Assembly (NCBI RefSeq): GCF_006345805.1
Contig: NC_043005.1
Location: forward strand, 19,096,001 to 19,160,000
Origin: Octopus sinensis
Lineage: Eukaryota
Length of the DNA stretch: 64,000 nt
Reading direction: 5' to 3'
Made by a program: the position numbers and the translations under genes. Within the stretch, counting starts at the first letter, position 1, and each line of letters opens with the position of its first letter. The notes beneath the pieces are model-generated. The model was not told where the DNA came from. It saw nothing but the letters and a program-made list of their open reading frames with translations, and made no database searches. Below are positions 50,009 through 62,479 of this stretch, one piece after another.

Positions 50009-50830
50009 AGCAGTTGAGAACTGCTCTGTATGAGGAAGGGAGATAATCTCAAGAATCAAAGCTGACATGCTATTAAGGAAAAGTACAGGCTTATTGTCTG
50101 GAAATAAGAGAATAGCGGGGGACATGTATTGTGCCTGTTAGTGAAAAGGACTATATTGTTCATCTGTGTTATTTTATGTGTTATCAGCACGTAGGCTCTT
50201 GCTCCTGATTTAAGTTTTGATTTTAGTAGCTCAAAATAGAACCAAATTTCTAAGGAGAATTTCGCGAAAGTCATAAACATTTGTTGTCGTTATTTCTATT
50301 GTTTTTGTTGTTTCTTATCCTGACAAAACGTCATTAAGTATGTTACTGTTGTTGTTTAACATTTTGTTTAATCACTAATTATTTGATATTTTCTTTGCTC
50401 CACCATATTTAAGTATTGCTCTTTGCGTTGGGGTAATGGGAAGAGAAGTTCAATCTAGTAGTGGCAACGTCTCAAGCACAAACAATTTCTGAATAAAATA
50501 TTGTCACAGATTTTTCAAAAAGGAAAACAGCATAAAAAAGAAAAAAACCTAACACAAAGGAAGCAGAGACGGAAGAAAAGATAACTTAGTAACAGAAATC
50601 GTTGACAATAATGTCAAATTACAACATGCTACTCTCCCTTATTGGTTATTTCATATAACATCTTTCATATAAATTTGGCAAGCTGCTACTGATCTTATGT
50701 AAACAGTAGAAGTTATTATTTTCAGACATGTAAAATGGCTTCTTAAATAGTACTACTATGGTATATACATATATATATATATATATTATATATATATATA
50801 TATATATAATATATATATATATAATAATAT

Positions 50831-51073
50831 AGGGTGAAATTAATTAATTTGGAATAATTATTAATTTCACCAAGTAGATTTCGGCATGTAAAAGCCCCAT
50901 TCAAGGAAGGTTTAAGTAATACTAAGTAATTAAGGGTTTAGCAACGATTAGCCTCACCACACACCGAATTTAGAAATAGCAGTCAAAGAGTTATGGCTAT
51001 TCTTTCTACTTTAAGTAGAAAGAATAGCCATGACTCTTTGACTGCTATTTCTAAATTCGGTGTGTGGTGAGGC

Positions 51074-51075
<2 letters not shown>
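50831..51075. mobile_element. PLE end fragment with 63-bp-arm palindrome, same family as 10687-11450
   Basis: Arms 50949-51011/51013-51075, 1-nt centre, 1 mismatch; flanked by (TA)n. Confidence 0.85.
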
Positions 51076-51106
<31 letters not shown>

Positions 51107-51341
51107 TAATACACACACACATATGTATGCATATGTGTATATATGTATACATGTACCTAAGTATATATATATATATGATTTAACAAAAGTGAGCTAAGAG
51201 AAGTAACTCAGAGCTGGCGATGGCATGGCATTTATTTGAACAACAGACAAATGCAAGTATGTGAAGTACCATACTGCTTAAGTTCTTGATATATTGAAAT
51301 TTTTCCGCGTTTTGAAGATATGTCGTAATTAGAAAATAGTA

Positions 51342-52602
51342 TTAGGTCGTAAAGTATGAAATTTGTAGAAAACCAAAAAAAAGTTCGCTGATGTTTTATA
51401 AATACAAGGAAAAGTATGCACCCATGTTGTCAATACACTTTTGCCATTACAGCGGTAGCTTGTTCAACCCGGAACTGAAAAAGCTTAAGAATCTAGAGTC
51501 AATAAAATCTTTGAAGGCCTGTTTTACAGCATCGTTGGAATTAAATTTTTTCCCCATAAAAGAGTTATCCGAATTCTGGAAGAAGTGGCAGTCAGTTGGG
51601 AGCAAGATCAGGTGAGTATGATAGATAATGCAGAATTTCCAACTCCAACTCCGGTAGTTTCGCCAATGCCATTTTTGCGTTGTCTTGCAATAAAATAGGA
51701 GTGGATCTGTTGACTAATCTAGGCTGTTTTTTTTTGTAAGTTTCTGCGTTATATGGTCCAGTTGACTGCAGTACACTTCGGCCGTGATTGATGAACCAGC
51801 TTTAATGAAATCATAATGAATCACACCTGCGCCAGACCACCAAACACACACCATCAGATTCTTTTGATGAATTTTTCTTTTTGGACTGTGTTTTGGTGGC
51901 TCGTCTTTGTCCAACCATCGTGCTGAACGTTTACGGTTGTTGTATTGGATCCATTTCTCATCACATGTTACAATTCAATTCAAAAATGATTCATTTTCGT
52001 GACGAGAAAGTAGCATAATGCAAGCTTCTAAACGTTGCTATTTCTGGTTTTCATTGAGTTCATGTGGAACCCACTTATCCAACTTTTTCACCTTACCGAT
52101 TTGAACTAGATGAGTCAGTATTGCTTTCTTGCTAACACCAAGCAACAATGATAATTCAAGGGCACTTTGAGATGGAACTGACTCGACGGTGGCTTTCAAT
52201 TCGTCATTATCCACCTTTGTTTCTGGTCGACTGCGTTGCTCATATGTGAGGTCAAAATTACCAGAATAAAATTTCGCAAACCAATTTGATACTGTCTGCT
52301 GTGTAATAACATTAGAATGAAATACTCCATTAATATTCCGAGCTGTCTGTGATGCTGTATTTCCAAGAAAGAACTCATATTTTAATACTGTACGAATTTT
52401 CGACTAATTCATCTCTAAACAAAAACAGCAAAAAACGATTCATAAATACTTTATAAAGAACAAAATAAGTTAGAATAAAGAAATAGATGTGTCAGCTTTC
52501 TAACAAAAAATAAAGATTGTCAAAATATAATAATGGCACAAACTGAGCAGCTGTCAAAGTTTACTATATACCTTACTACAAATTTCATACTTGACGATCT
52601 AA
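51342..52602 (-). mobile_element. mariner (DD34D) transposon relic, about 1.26 kb
   Basis: TIRs TTAGGTCGTAAAGTATGAAATTTGTAG / CTACAAATTTCATACTTGACGATCTAA; minus strand TCDEKW, VCVWW, LLQDNA and YSPDLAP motifs. Confidence 0.88.
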
Positions 52603-54599
52603 GAACGGCTCGGTATAAGAAAGCGAGATAATCACAAAAATGAAAGCTGCCATGCAATTAAGGAAAAGTACATGCTTATCGTCTGGAAATAAGAGAATAG
52701 TGGGGGACATGTATTTCTGCATCTACAGGCGCCATTAGCACGACAATTTTTCTACATTATTCCCAGTAATCAAGGCACATAAACACAAAAAAAAGAACCA
52801 AAAACTATACAAAAAGATTAGATTAAGTCCTTAAATATTGGTACGCTCATGGGGGAAACGCCGTCAATCAAACATCTATTTAATCAGGGATGACTTTAGG
52901 TTAAACGATAGCAACAACAATATTTCAATATCTGTTATCAGTTTTGTATTATAAAGTGTATTTTAAATATTCCCCTTGCTGCCCTAGTTTCTCAAATTCT
53001 TTCATCTAACTTATTTCTGATATTTATTCCAATCCTATACGCATTCCTAATGAGATCTTATAATTTTGCCTCTTTTTTTCTTTCATTCTAGAATGCTGTA
53101 TCCTATTTTGTTCGTTATTCATGAATGTTTCTTGAATCGACTTAGTTCTAATTCCTATGGCTTGTACAATTTCTCTTTTTACTATGAAGTTTTCAAAGCT
53201 TTTCTTTCGTTTTTTTTTTATTTGCTACTTATACTTTCATTTGGAAAGAAAATTCTTCCTACTTTGCTCTTTTACCAATTGTGAAAACATTTTCGACGTC
53301 GTTATCTTTTGCAGAAAGTCTTCAAGTCATCTAAACGGAAATGCATAGTAATCCGTTTTCTTTGAACATACTAAGCAGTGATGTTAGGGATAAACAAACG
53401 AAGAGCAGTAAGGTATGGCCTTCGAATATTTTTATCCACAAATGGATATAACGTAACTAAACATATTTTGATATGTACGGTTATTTTCCATTTTACCAGA
53501 GTTTATTTAATATTCTTAACAAATAATCACACCCTTTTATTTATTTAGTAATTTATTTTCCTCATTATTGTTTAATACAACTAGTAAGTAATTAGTGCAC
53601 CTAATTATTGCTTAATAATATAGCTAATAATTGTCAAACGTGCTTCATCTGTGTTTATATGCTTAATGTTCAATAAACTTAATTATTGCATAATAAGCCT
53701 CATTAATACTTAAAATAGCTAACTATACTAATTATTCTTTAACGTGGCTAAATGTTTATTAATGTACCCAGTTAAAATCAAATATACCTAATTAAAATAG
53801 CCATCTTTGTATCATACTTAATGTCGATAGGCCAGTTAATGCAGTGTTTGTCGTGGTAAAACATGTCTTAATAGACTTGTTAGCATTTCTCGTGGTTTTA
53901 AGACATCAAATCCATACCAGATGTTTTCTCAGGAAAAATACGGCAATCGCTGGCCTATCGATATTGTGTACACGTTAAATATGATATATAGATGTCTATT
54001 TTAATTAAATAGCGTCTTATTGCTTACACATGATACATAATTAATATTTATTGTATCTAATTATACTTAAAGCACTTCACACAACGTTAATGATTCCAGA
54101 TCCAGTCAAAGGATATTTGTCATACTCTCACCAATCAACGCCTTGCTTAAGTATGATGTTTTTCTTTGTATTTTTTATAACATTTTTACGTTTACTATAT
54201 GCTTCTGCTACAATTAACATGCCTGACATCAGTAATTTTGTTCGTTTGGTAAGATATTGCAAACCTGGGATATTCTCTTCCAGATTTGCATTTAGTCTGG
54301 TCAAGAGTACAGATTGGGGTAAGGAGATGATATTTATTCAAAGGAAAGGAATCATTCTATGACTCAGTAGGATGCATATCTAACTGCAAGAATGTTCTTT
54401 TGCCTTTTATGGAAGTGATCCATCTATTAAATAGTGTGTGACCCTCTCTAAAAGAAACGATTAAGACTTACAGACAAGCTGTATGAATTTAAACTATTGC
54501 CTCAGAGTAATTAACTTCAGTGTTTTAATTGCTATGTATAATAATTGTTCATACATGTTCGTGCACAGTATTATGCATCGCCGTAGCTCGATGAAGTCT

Positions 54600-54835
54600 A
54601 CACTGGATGATAGAATCAGGACAGAAATTAGAGATTGTACAACAGTTCAGTTACTTGGAAGCAATCATTAAAGATAAAAAGTCAAAAGTCTAAAATCCTC
54701 GCAAGAAGCACACAGACAATGAATGCACTAACTAAATTCAGAACAACATGGAGAGACAGGAACACCACTACCAAGAACAAAACCGACTTTTTCGTACACT
54801 GGTATACTCTACTTCCTTGTAAGCTTGCAAGACTT
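54600..54835 (+). pseudogene. RTE-type LINE RT C-terminal relic
   Basis: GQKLEIVQQFSYLEAII...ILARSTQTMNALTKFRTTWRDRN. Confidence 0.7.
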
Positions 54836-54934
54836 TGACTGAGTCAAATAGATTGATTTACATTAATCATTGAAGCTCGCTGAGAAATGAGTACAAATTC
54901 CGTCGAGGTAAGTTTTCTTCCCATATTTCGGGGT

Positions 54935-55072
54935 TTATAATGCCGCTAGAATCGACTTTGCCTTTCATCCTTTCGGGGTTGATAAAAGAAGAAACATTTG
55001 AATCGATTTCTCCCTCCCTTAAAATTACTGGCCTTGGGCCAAAATATGAAACCAATATTTCGAGGTTTATAA
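54935..55072 (+). mobile_element. SINE B1 3' fragment
   Basis: TCGACTTTGCCTTTCATCCTTTCGGGG core plus tail-2. Confidence 0.7.
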
Positions 55073-55264
55073 AAAAATATATTCTAACTCTGAACTGGAT
55101 CGATTCCTGTCCTACACCACTCTTTCTATCGGTGTAACTGTAGTTAAACCTGTAGAGGAGTTGTCTTCGTTGGGCCCCAAAGATGACTAAGATACGTTGT
55201 ATATAATGATAGTGACTCGAAGACATTATCAAAGAGTTCAGGTCCTACGGCAAGATATGAAAGC

Positions 55265-55364
<100 letters not shown>

Positions 55365-55571
55365 GTCTGTCTCTCTGCCTGCCTGTCTGTCTGTCTGTCT
55401 ATTTATCTATGTACATATTCGTTTATCCACCTCCAAAAATTTCGCCATAAAATTCGCTTCGCTGTTAGATCAGAAGCTATCACTATTAAATATGGCATAA
55501 AATCAGGATCATTACCCTGATAGTAGTATTTAATAATAATAATGATAATAATAATAATAATAATAATAATG

Positions 55572-55640
<69 letters not shown>

Positions 55641-55926
55641 GAGGTAACTAGAATGTGGAATCTGAAAACAGAAACAATTCCTATCATAGTAGGTGCATTA
55701 GGCATGATAAAAAAATATTCAGACGAATACATAACAAAAACACCAGGACTTACAAACACATATAACATACAGAAAATTGCACTACTAGGCACTGCACACA
55801 TCCTACGCAGAACACTTTCCATACAATAACCATCAGAGCATCACAACAAATCACAGCACATACCCAAGGCACACAGAGCTGCGCTCGGTAGTGAAGTGAA
55901 AGCACGCTATAAAAATAAAACTACTG
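55641..55926 (+). mobile_element. R4/Dong-clade LINE 3' end, family 3, inside (TAA)n
   Basis: EVTRMWNLKTETIPIIVGALGMIKK...IQKIALLGTAHILRRTLSIQ* plus about 97-bp 3'UTR; (AAT)n on both sides. Confidence 0.9.
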
Positions 55927-56667
55927 AATAATAATAATAATAATAATAATAACAACAACAACAATAATAACAATAATAACAACAACAACAAATATAATAA
56001 CGACACCTTTGAGATAATGCCCGCAGCTGCAACTTTCATATTATCTCTAAGAATAGGGAGAAGGTGACGGAGTTGTTTTTAAGTATAATTCCAATGCGGT
56101 GATGTTTAAACCCCACAAAAGCTCCTGGTAAAATGTTGATAAGGAAAAATGGAGTTAAATATGATAAAAAATGAATATATAAAATAATAAGCCTATGGAG
56201 AAGAGGGAACAATTTAAGAATTTATACTAGAGGGTAAATGAGCAGTTATGCAACGAGTGAGAAAAGAAGTGGGGGAGATTAGCGAATGGTTAAAATACTT
56301 AAAAGGGCATGGGACAAGTGCGTCAGTTATTAAAATGGTGAATTTTCTGGGCGAATTATGACAGGGAAGTTGTAGTATTTAAGGAGGCAAGGAATAAACA
56401 AGGTAAGTAAGATTATAGAAGATTATAGAAGATTATTTAAGATTATAGAAGTAATTTGTTTTATATTTCATCTTTTGGGCTCTCACTCTTTAACAGGCCG
56501 TAACCTGAAGATTGTAAGGAATATACACACGTAAGCCATTTAACTATGCATACGTTTTCCGATTTATACACATCATGCATAGTGCACATATTCATATAAC
56601 TAAATTTTTATTTAAATGTACGTGTATATAGGCGTAGGAGTGGCTGTGTAATAAGAAGCTTGCTTCC

Positions 56668-58768
56668 ACTGCGCATGTGTGAATAATTGTGGTGTTCGGC
56701 ACCAAAGAGGTGAGACATGCTTTTGAAGCCGTCTCGAATTGAAAAATGTTGAAGCTCCATTGTAAGGTAAGATTCTGTTTTTTGGGTCCAGTGGGAATTT
56801 TTGTTGAGAATTGTTTTTGTACAGTCAGGAAGTCCTACTGGATTCAGAATTCTGGTTCAGCCTACATGGGGCAAATCATTTTTCTCGCTGAATTGTGAGA
56901 ATTTTTGTTTGGGGGCGTATTCGTCTTCGATTTATTTTGAGTGAATATTTTTCTCGCTTAATTATGAGAATTATTGCTTGTATTGTGCTTTTTGAAGATC
57001 TTTAATAATTGTGAGAACTGCTGTTTGGGGGAGTGTCTTTGCCTCCGAATATTGAACAATTTGTATATCAATTTTTGTGGAAGTTGTGTTCCAGTTGTCG
57101 CGTTCCGGGAGTACCGAATGGCCGGAAGATTTTTTTGCTGTGTTCCTGAACTATTGACTTTCTTCTAAACTTTATTTGACTTTCTCCTTTTTGTTTATTG
57201 TGACTTTCTTTTGATTTCTTTTATCTTTTTTTTTCTCTTCTCGCTTTTTAAGTTTTATTTTGAATATATTTTCAAAAAAAGAGAAAAAAAACATGGCAAT
57301 GAAAAAAGACAAAGTTTTGGAGTGGGAGATTATACCGCCCAAAAAGTGGTTGAAAGACCGTGAAGATAGGACAGTGGTGTTGAGAACCTACTCCGAGTCA
57401 CTCAACACCATTGCCCTATTCGAAAAGACGGCAATTGAAAAGGAGTTGGCAGAGTATTTGCCAACAATTAAATTCATTTCCAGGGGTGTCAGATATGCAA
57501 CGGTGTGGTTGCTATTTGATACCCCTGAAGAGGCTCGCAAATTTGCTAGTCAACCCTTGGAGGGTGAGGAAATTTTGTTCCTTCCCACGTATTATGGAAG
57601 GAGGTTGACGAAAGCTTGGGTCTGTGGGTTGCCACCCAGGATAAAACCCGAGTGGATATAGGAGACTATCCGCCGTGGTCTGGGTGGCAGCGGGACCAAG
57701 CTTCTTTATGTGAAAGTTCTTCCTGCGGCTGATTGGGTTGGGTCAAAAGCTGTTTTGACCCTTTGGACCCAATCAGCCAATCTGGTTTTTCCAGAGTTTT
57801 TGAAAATGGCCGGGTGCAGGTACCCGGTGATACTATAGGGTCGTCCCCCCAGATGGCATCGGTGCCTGGAGTCCGGCCATATAAAGAAAAACTGTCCCCG
57901 GGAACAAAATAAGGTCCCGGAGCAGTTGAGTGAGACCCCTGTAGAAGAGGGAATGAAGGCGGCCGAGGAAGAGGAGGACTCCTCAAATAGGAGCCGAAAG
58001 AGGAAGAAGGTGAGCAACAATGTGTGCTCACCGAAGGATCCTAGGGATGAGGAGGGGAAGGCCAATCTTCCGGCCACGGAGGAGACGCACCCTCCCTCAG
58101 TTGAAAAGAAAAAAAAGAGGAAGAGGAAGAGAAACGGGACATTGCCGGCAGTCGTTGACATAGTACCGGAATGTCCCGGAACTACGTCGGTTGGGGTTGT
58201 GCCACCGGCAGGAGAAGAAACACCGTTGGCGGGAACTGTGCCGCCAATGAAAGATTTGGATATCTCGCCCCCGGGGAAGACGAAGTATTGATCTTCTATA
58301 GAGGCGGAGAGATTGAAAGGTGATGGAAAAGCACCATAAGGGAGCACCTTTAGCCTTCACACAGAACCCCGAATGACCCCCGCAGGTAGCTGTGGAGGTC
58401 ATAACGTTTGACGTGACGTTTGGGCTGAAGGGGCTCAATGAGGAATATCGCTTGTACCCGGGCAACGCTAACACGGAACTCGATACGATTTTGAAAGAGG
58501 CGTGGAGGATGGTAGAGGATGCGGGCTCAAGTTATTTTGAGGGTGAGTTATAAATTGTGGCACTGTGTGACACAAACACTCGATAATAGGTACTTCGCAT
58601 TCTTTTTAAACTCCCGGCTGTCAACGTGGTCTGCTCTGCAGGCGGCTAGATATTTGACTGGGGTCCGGAAAGAGGAGGAAGGGAAAAGTGATAATGTATT
58701 TTTTATGTTTGGTTGACATGTTGATTTTTATGTAAGTGTAAGGTCTCCATGGCTAATTTGATAAAGTA
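56668..58768 (+). mobile_element. ORF1-only non-LTR retroelement (HAL1/Tx1-like), 2.1 kb
   Basis: 625-bp leader, ORF1-like frame, no APE/RT recognised, 15-bp target duplication on both sides. Confidence 0.75.
57293..58291 (+). pseudogene. L1/Tx1-type ORF1p (RRM-like region, CCHC knuckle, basic/acidic tail) with two in-frame stops
   Basis: Track ORFs 57260 and 57926 are in the same frame; TAG at 57659 and 57836; GRPPR-W(C)HRCLESGHIKKNC at 57854-57895. Confidence 0.78.
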
Positions 58769-58783
58769 AAGAAGCTTGCTTCC

Positions 58784-59235
58784 TGGAGGGAGGAGCCCAT
58801 GCCCTGGACAGGGGACGAGGAGTGGCTTTCGCAGGTGACTACGAAGACTCAAAGGACATGTTTAGATACGCCTTGAGGGGCCCCGACCTAGAGCTGGTGC
58901 ATTGCCTAAGGGAAGTGTAAGCCAGGTCTGGGAGGAGGGGCTTTGTGTATTGTATTTATATTTATTATATGTAATTATTGAACTATGTTGTTGTTTGTAA
59001 TGGACTGTTAAGTCCAAAAATTGAAAAGTTGTAAAAGTTGTAAGAGGTTTAATACCTCGTTTTGTGTTTGGTTTTAAAGAACAATGTTTTAGAGAAGCAG
59101 AAGTCGGCGGGCACTTTTTGTCTTATCCCATCCTTATCATCTTTCCTTCATTATCATTAATTTCATTAATGTCCTTTCCAGCCCGCAAAGCTACTTTACT
59201 CTATGTATTGCCTTTATGGCAAATGTAATGAAATA
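58784..59235 (+). mobile_element. second, probably 5'-truncated element at the same target site (452 bp)
   Basis: Bounded by the same 15-mer; last 20 nt 15/20 identical to the last 20 nt of 56668-58768. Confidence 0.72.
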
Positions 59236-59629
59236 AAGAAGCTTGCTTCCCAACCATATGGTTCTGGCTTCAGTCCCACTGTGTGGCACCTTGGGCAAGT
59301 GTCTTCTATGATAAGCCTCGGGCCGACCAAAGCCTTATGAGTGGATTTAGTAGGCGGAAACTGAAAGAAGTCTGTCGTATATATATATATATATATTATA
59401 TATATATATATATCATGTATCATATATCAGTCGAAAGACACCTGTTGTTATTTCTTGTTGTATTCGTAATTGTGTAACTATCTGGAATGGTCGTGACTTC
59501 TGGTACTTGACGGATGAAAGAAAGCCGAGAATGACCAATCTTTTTTGCCTGTCCTAATTGTTGTTTCTTTTGTCCGCCTTTGTGTTGTCTATCTGTCCGA
59601 ACGTTTTAATGCCCTCTTCGTTTTGCTCC

Positions 59630-59692
<63 letters not shown>

Positions 59693-60261
59693 TTAGAGAG
59701 TGACCACTGTGTGGTTCACTCTTGTGCTAAAGATAGCTCCGCTAATGGTATAGCCACTAAAATTTGTTTCCAAGAAGAAATACCACTACATTTAACGTAA
59801 GGTAAGTGAAACACAACGAAAAAATAGATTAACCCTGAACAATTGTTTCATTATTAATGTAATATGCAATTTTACTTACATAACATCCATAAATCTTCAA
59901 CAGAGGTTTGTCTTAAATACAATTTATTAAATCGCAGCGAGCGTCAAATATACGTGCGGTTTAATCGATTGTAATCGTAGTTATGATTCAAATTTCCACG
60001 CCAAAAGAGCGATAAGACTTACTGGAAACGAATACTGCATAAAATATTTACTGCAGTATAATTAAATTTATAAATGAGGGTGAAAAAATTGATATTAAAA
60101 AGTAAAAACTTAGGAAATAGGAAAGAATAAGGAAATAAGAAAAAATTAGAAATTAAAAACAATTTTGTTCTCATAAGTTGTGTGTAGTTTAAGAACAAGT
60201 TCTTTTGTTTCCAGATAAAAAAAAATATTGCTTTTACAAATATACAAACAAAACAGGCAGC

Positions 60262-60481
60262 TCGTTACCAACCCGGCTGAAACTGGCTGTGGCTCTGAGT
60301 ACAAATGTCTTCTTTTCATAAATTTTGAATTAAAATCGTCCACCAAACCTTAGTCACAATTTATGTTCCTAACACTAGCTGAATGATAATTAAGTTATTT
60401 TAGTAAATTCTTTGTTATATTTAAAATAATTGAAAGAAACCTCAGAGCATCTCAAAATAAAGACAATAACAAAAGGGTTAA
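60262..60481. mobile_element. piggyBac-type MITE, left end degraded
   Basis: Ends AAAGGG+TTAA. Confidence 0.45.
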
Positions 60482-61723
60482 ACAAGTGAATGAACGATAT
60501 ATATTTATTCTTAATGAAGGCGTTTATCAATATCTAATTTTTGAAATTTAGCTTAGAGGTTTGAAAGTGAAAATAAGTGATTTTAATGTAATAAAGATGA
60601 TTTATTTAAAGATTGTAGTAGAAAACATTAATAATTAATCTTTATAATAAGACTAATCAATATGAAGTTTTCAAGTGACAGCACTGTCTGCTGCTTCAAT
60701 CTGCGTTCCAGAAATATGAATAGTTAGTGTTTTTCTAGTCAATAAATGGGATAGAAAAGTTTAACAATTTGTTAAGGTTATAAAGGGAAACGTGCTAAAG
60801 ACAATGAATGTATAAGGCTACAGTAGAATATTGTTTACCTGACTCTTTAACCGTATCCTATGTAAACATAAAGGAGTGTTGAAGGGATTTTATTTTATCA
60901 CATATTGTGGGTTAAAGTTTGGAAGTAACTGCAAATTACTGAGCGCAATTAGTAAAAGATACTGAGATGTATTAGAAGTATAGAATATTTAAAATAATAT
61001 TCACACTATTACTTAACATAATTCAATATAGTTTAAGGTACTTTGTGAAGGGATCGGTAGAAATAACCGGGTTATGTTTGGTTAAGTATTATTTGTTTAC
61101 TCTAAGAAAAATTTTCATACAAATTAATTTAATCACCAATTACTTTTCTGCTTTCTGTCCCTTTCTTACACATTCTTTTCCTGTTATATGCTCTTCTTTT
61201 ACCTCCCAGCTGTCAACACTTCCACTTGTGGACCGAGTTCTTCCTCTGTCATTACTTCCGTTTCCGCTTCGGTCTTATCTAACCTTTGTCAATATAAAGG
61301 TGGGTCTCGTAAACTTTTTGTGCTAATGCGTCATGTGCCATAGAGAATCCCACCGTCTGAGTTCTATTTTTTATTCAGGTACGAATATCGCATTATATTT
61401 TGTATATTTTTCCTGTGTATGTTTTATATTTTTACGTTATTGCTCATATACGAACTCAATTTATAAATCCCTAACACTAATAAAATTGTCAGTACAAGTG
61501 GTCTTGTGTTATGTAACAAAACCATGCGGATAATTCATTGGTAGCTGAGGATACGATGTTTCCTGTTTATGTAAAGTGTTTAATTCTTTTATTGTTGACT
61601 TTGATCTTTGTAATCCTGCCCCAGGTTTCTTCACATAAGTCTGAATTTATTGATATTTATGCACAGATTAGTTAAAAGTTTTATGAAAGAATTTATTTGT
61701 TAAGTATATATATGTGTGCGGGC

Positions 61724-61974
61724 ACAACAATGCAGAGTCGACTATAATAACTGTTATAATTTAATTATTCATAGTCTGATATAATATTTCGGAATGTAAA
61801 AATTCCTTCTTCAGATATTGCTAGGAATTGATCGAGTCACTGCTATAACGGATTATAGCAGTGGCTTCAATTCCCAGCGACAGCTAAAGAAGGAATTTTT
61901 ATATTCCGAAATATTATATCAGACTATGAATAATTAAATTATAACAGTTATTATAGTCCACTCTGCATTGTTGT
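61724..61974. repeat. 251-bp near-perfect palindrome with a hammerhead-like core in each arm
   Basis: Arms 61724-61848/61853-61974; CTGAAGA-A-GGAAT..ATTCC-GAAA-TATTATA-TC. Confidence 0.8.
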
Positions 61975-62223
61975 ACCATTCAAGGCACGTTATATTCCAC
62001 AGTCAATGCAAAATGCTTCCAGCGAACTACAATACTCTCCTATATATTTAGTTGAAATTTATAGAAAAACGAAAGACGAAAACAGAACAACAAGCAAGTT
62101 TATTAGTTTGAGGCTAGGGAAAAATGAAAAAGTCTGTTACATTTCGTGCCTACGCACTTCAACAGAAAATAAGAAATAAACAAAGAGAGAATGAAAAGAC
62201 GTGTAGAGTTCAGCAGTCCAGCA

Positions 62224-62293
<70 letters not shown>

Positions 62294-62479
62294 ATGTGTG
62301 TGTGTATGTATACATGCAGAGGTATATACAAATATATATATATATATATATAAATATATATATATGTATATATGTATGTGTATTTATATGTGTATATCTA
62401 TCTTCCTATTGTTTTATTTACTAGTTTCTGCTGGAGTTGTGGCTATGCTGAGGTACCACCGTTAGCTTTACTCCACTTT

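Larger units (their letters stand above)
56631..59388 (+). mobile_element. SINE A copy split by two insertions (head 56631-56667, remainder 59236-59388)
   Basis: Joining at AAGAAGCTTGCTTCC restores a contiguous SINE A head. Confidence 0.88.

Noticed and set aside
53816-53970. 16-bp inverted repeat AATGTCGATAGGCCAG / CTGGCCTATCGATATT
   Set aside because: No TSD or second copy; insufficient to call a MITE.
57666-58474. Minus-strand ORFs of 121-213 aa
   Set aside because: Antisense shadows of the GC-richer ORF1 relic.
62133-62166. Minus-strand CTGTTGAAGTGCGTAGGCACGAAATGTAACAGA
   Set aside because: Stem II and GAAA present but the CUGANGA core is broken; too degenerate to call.
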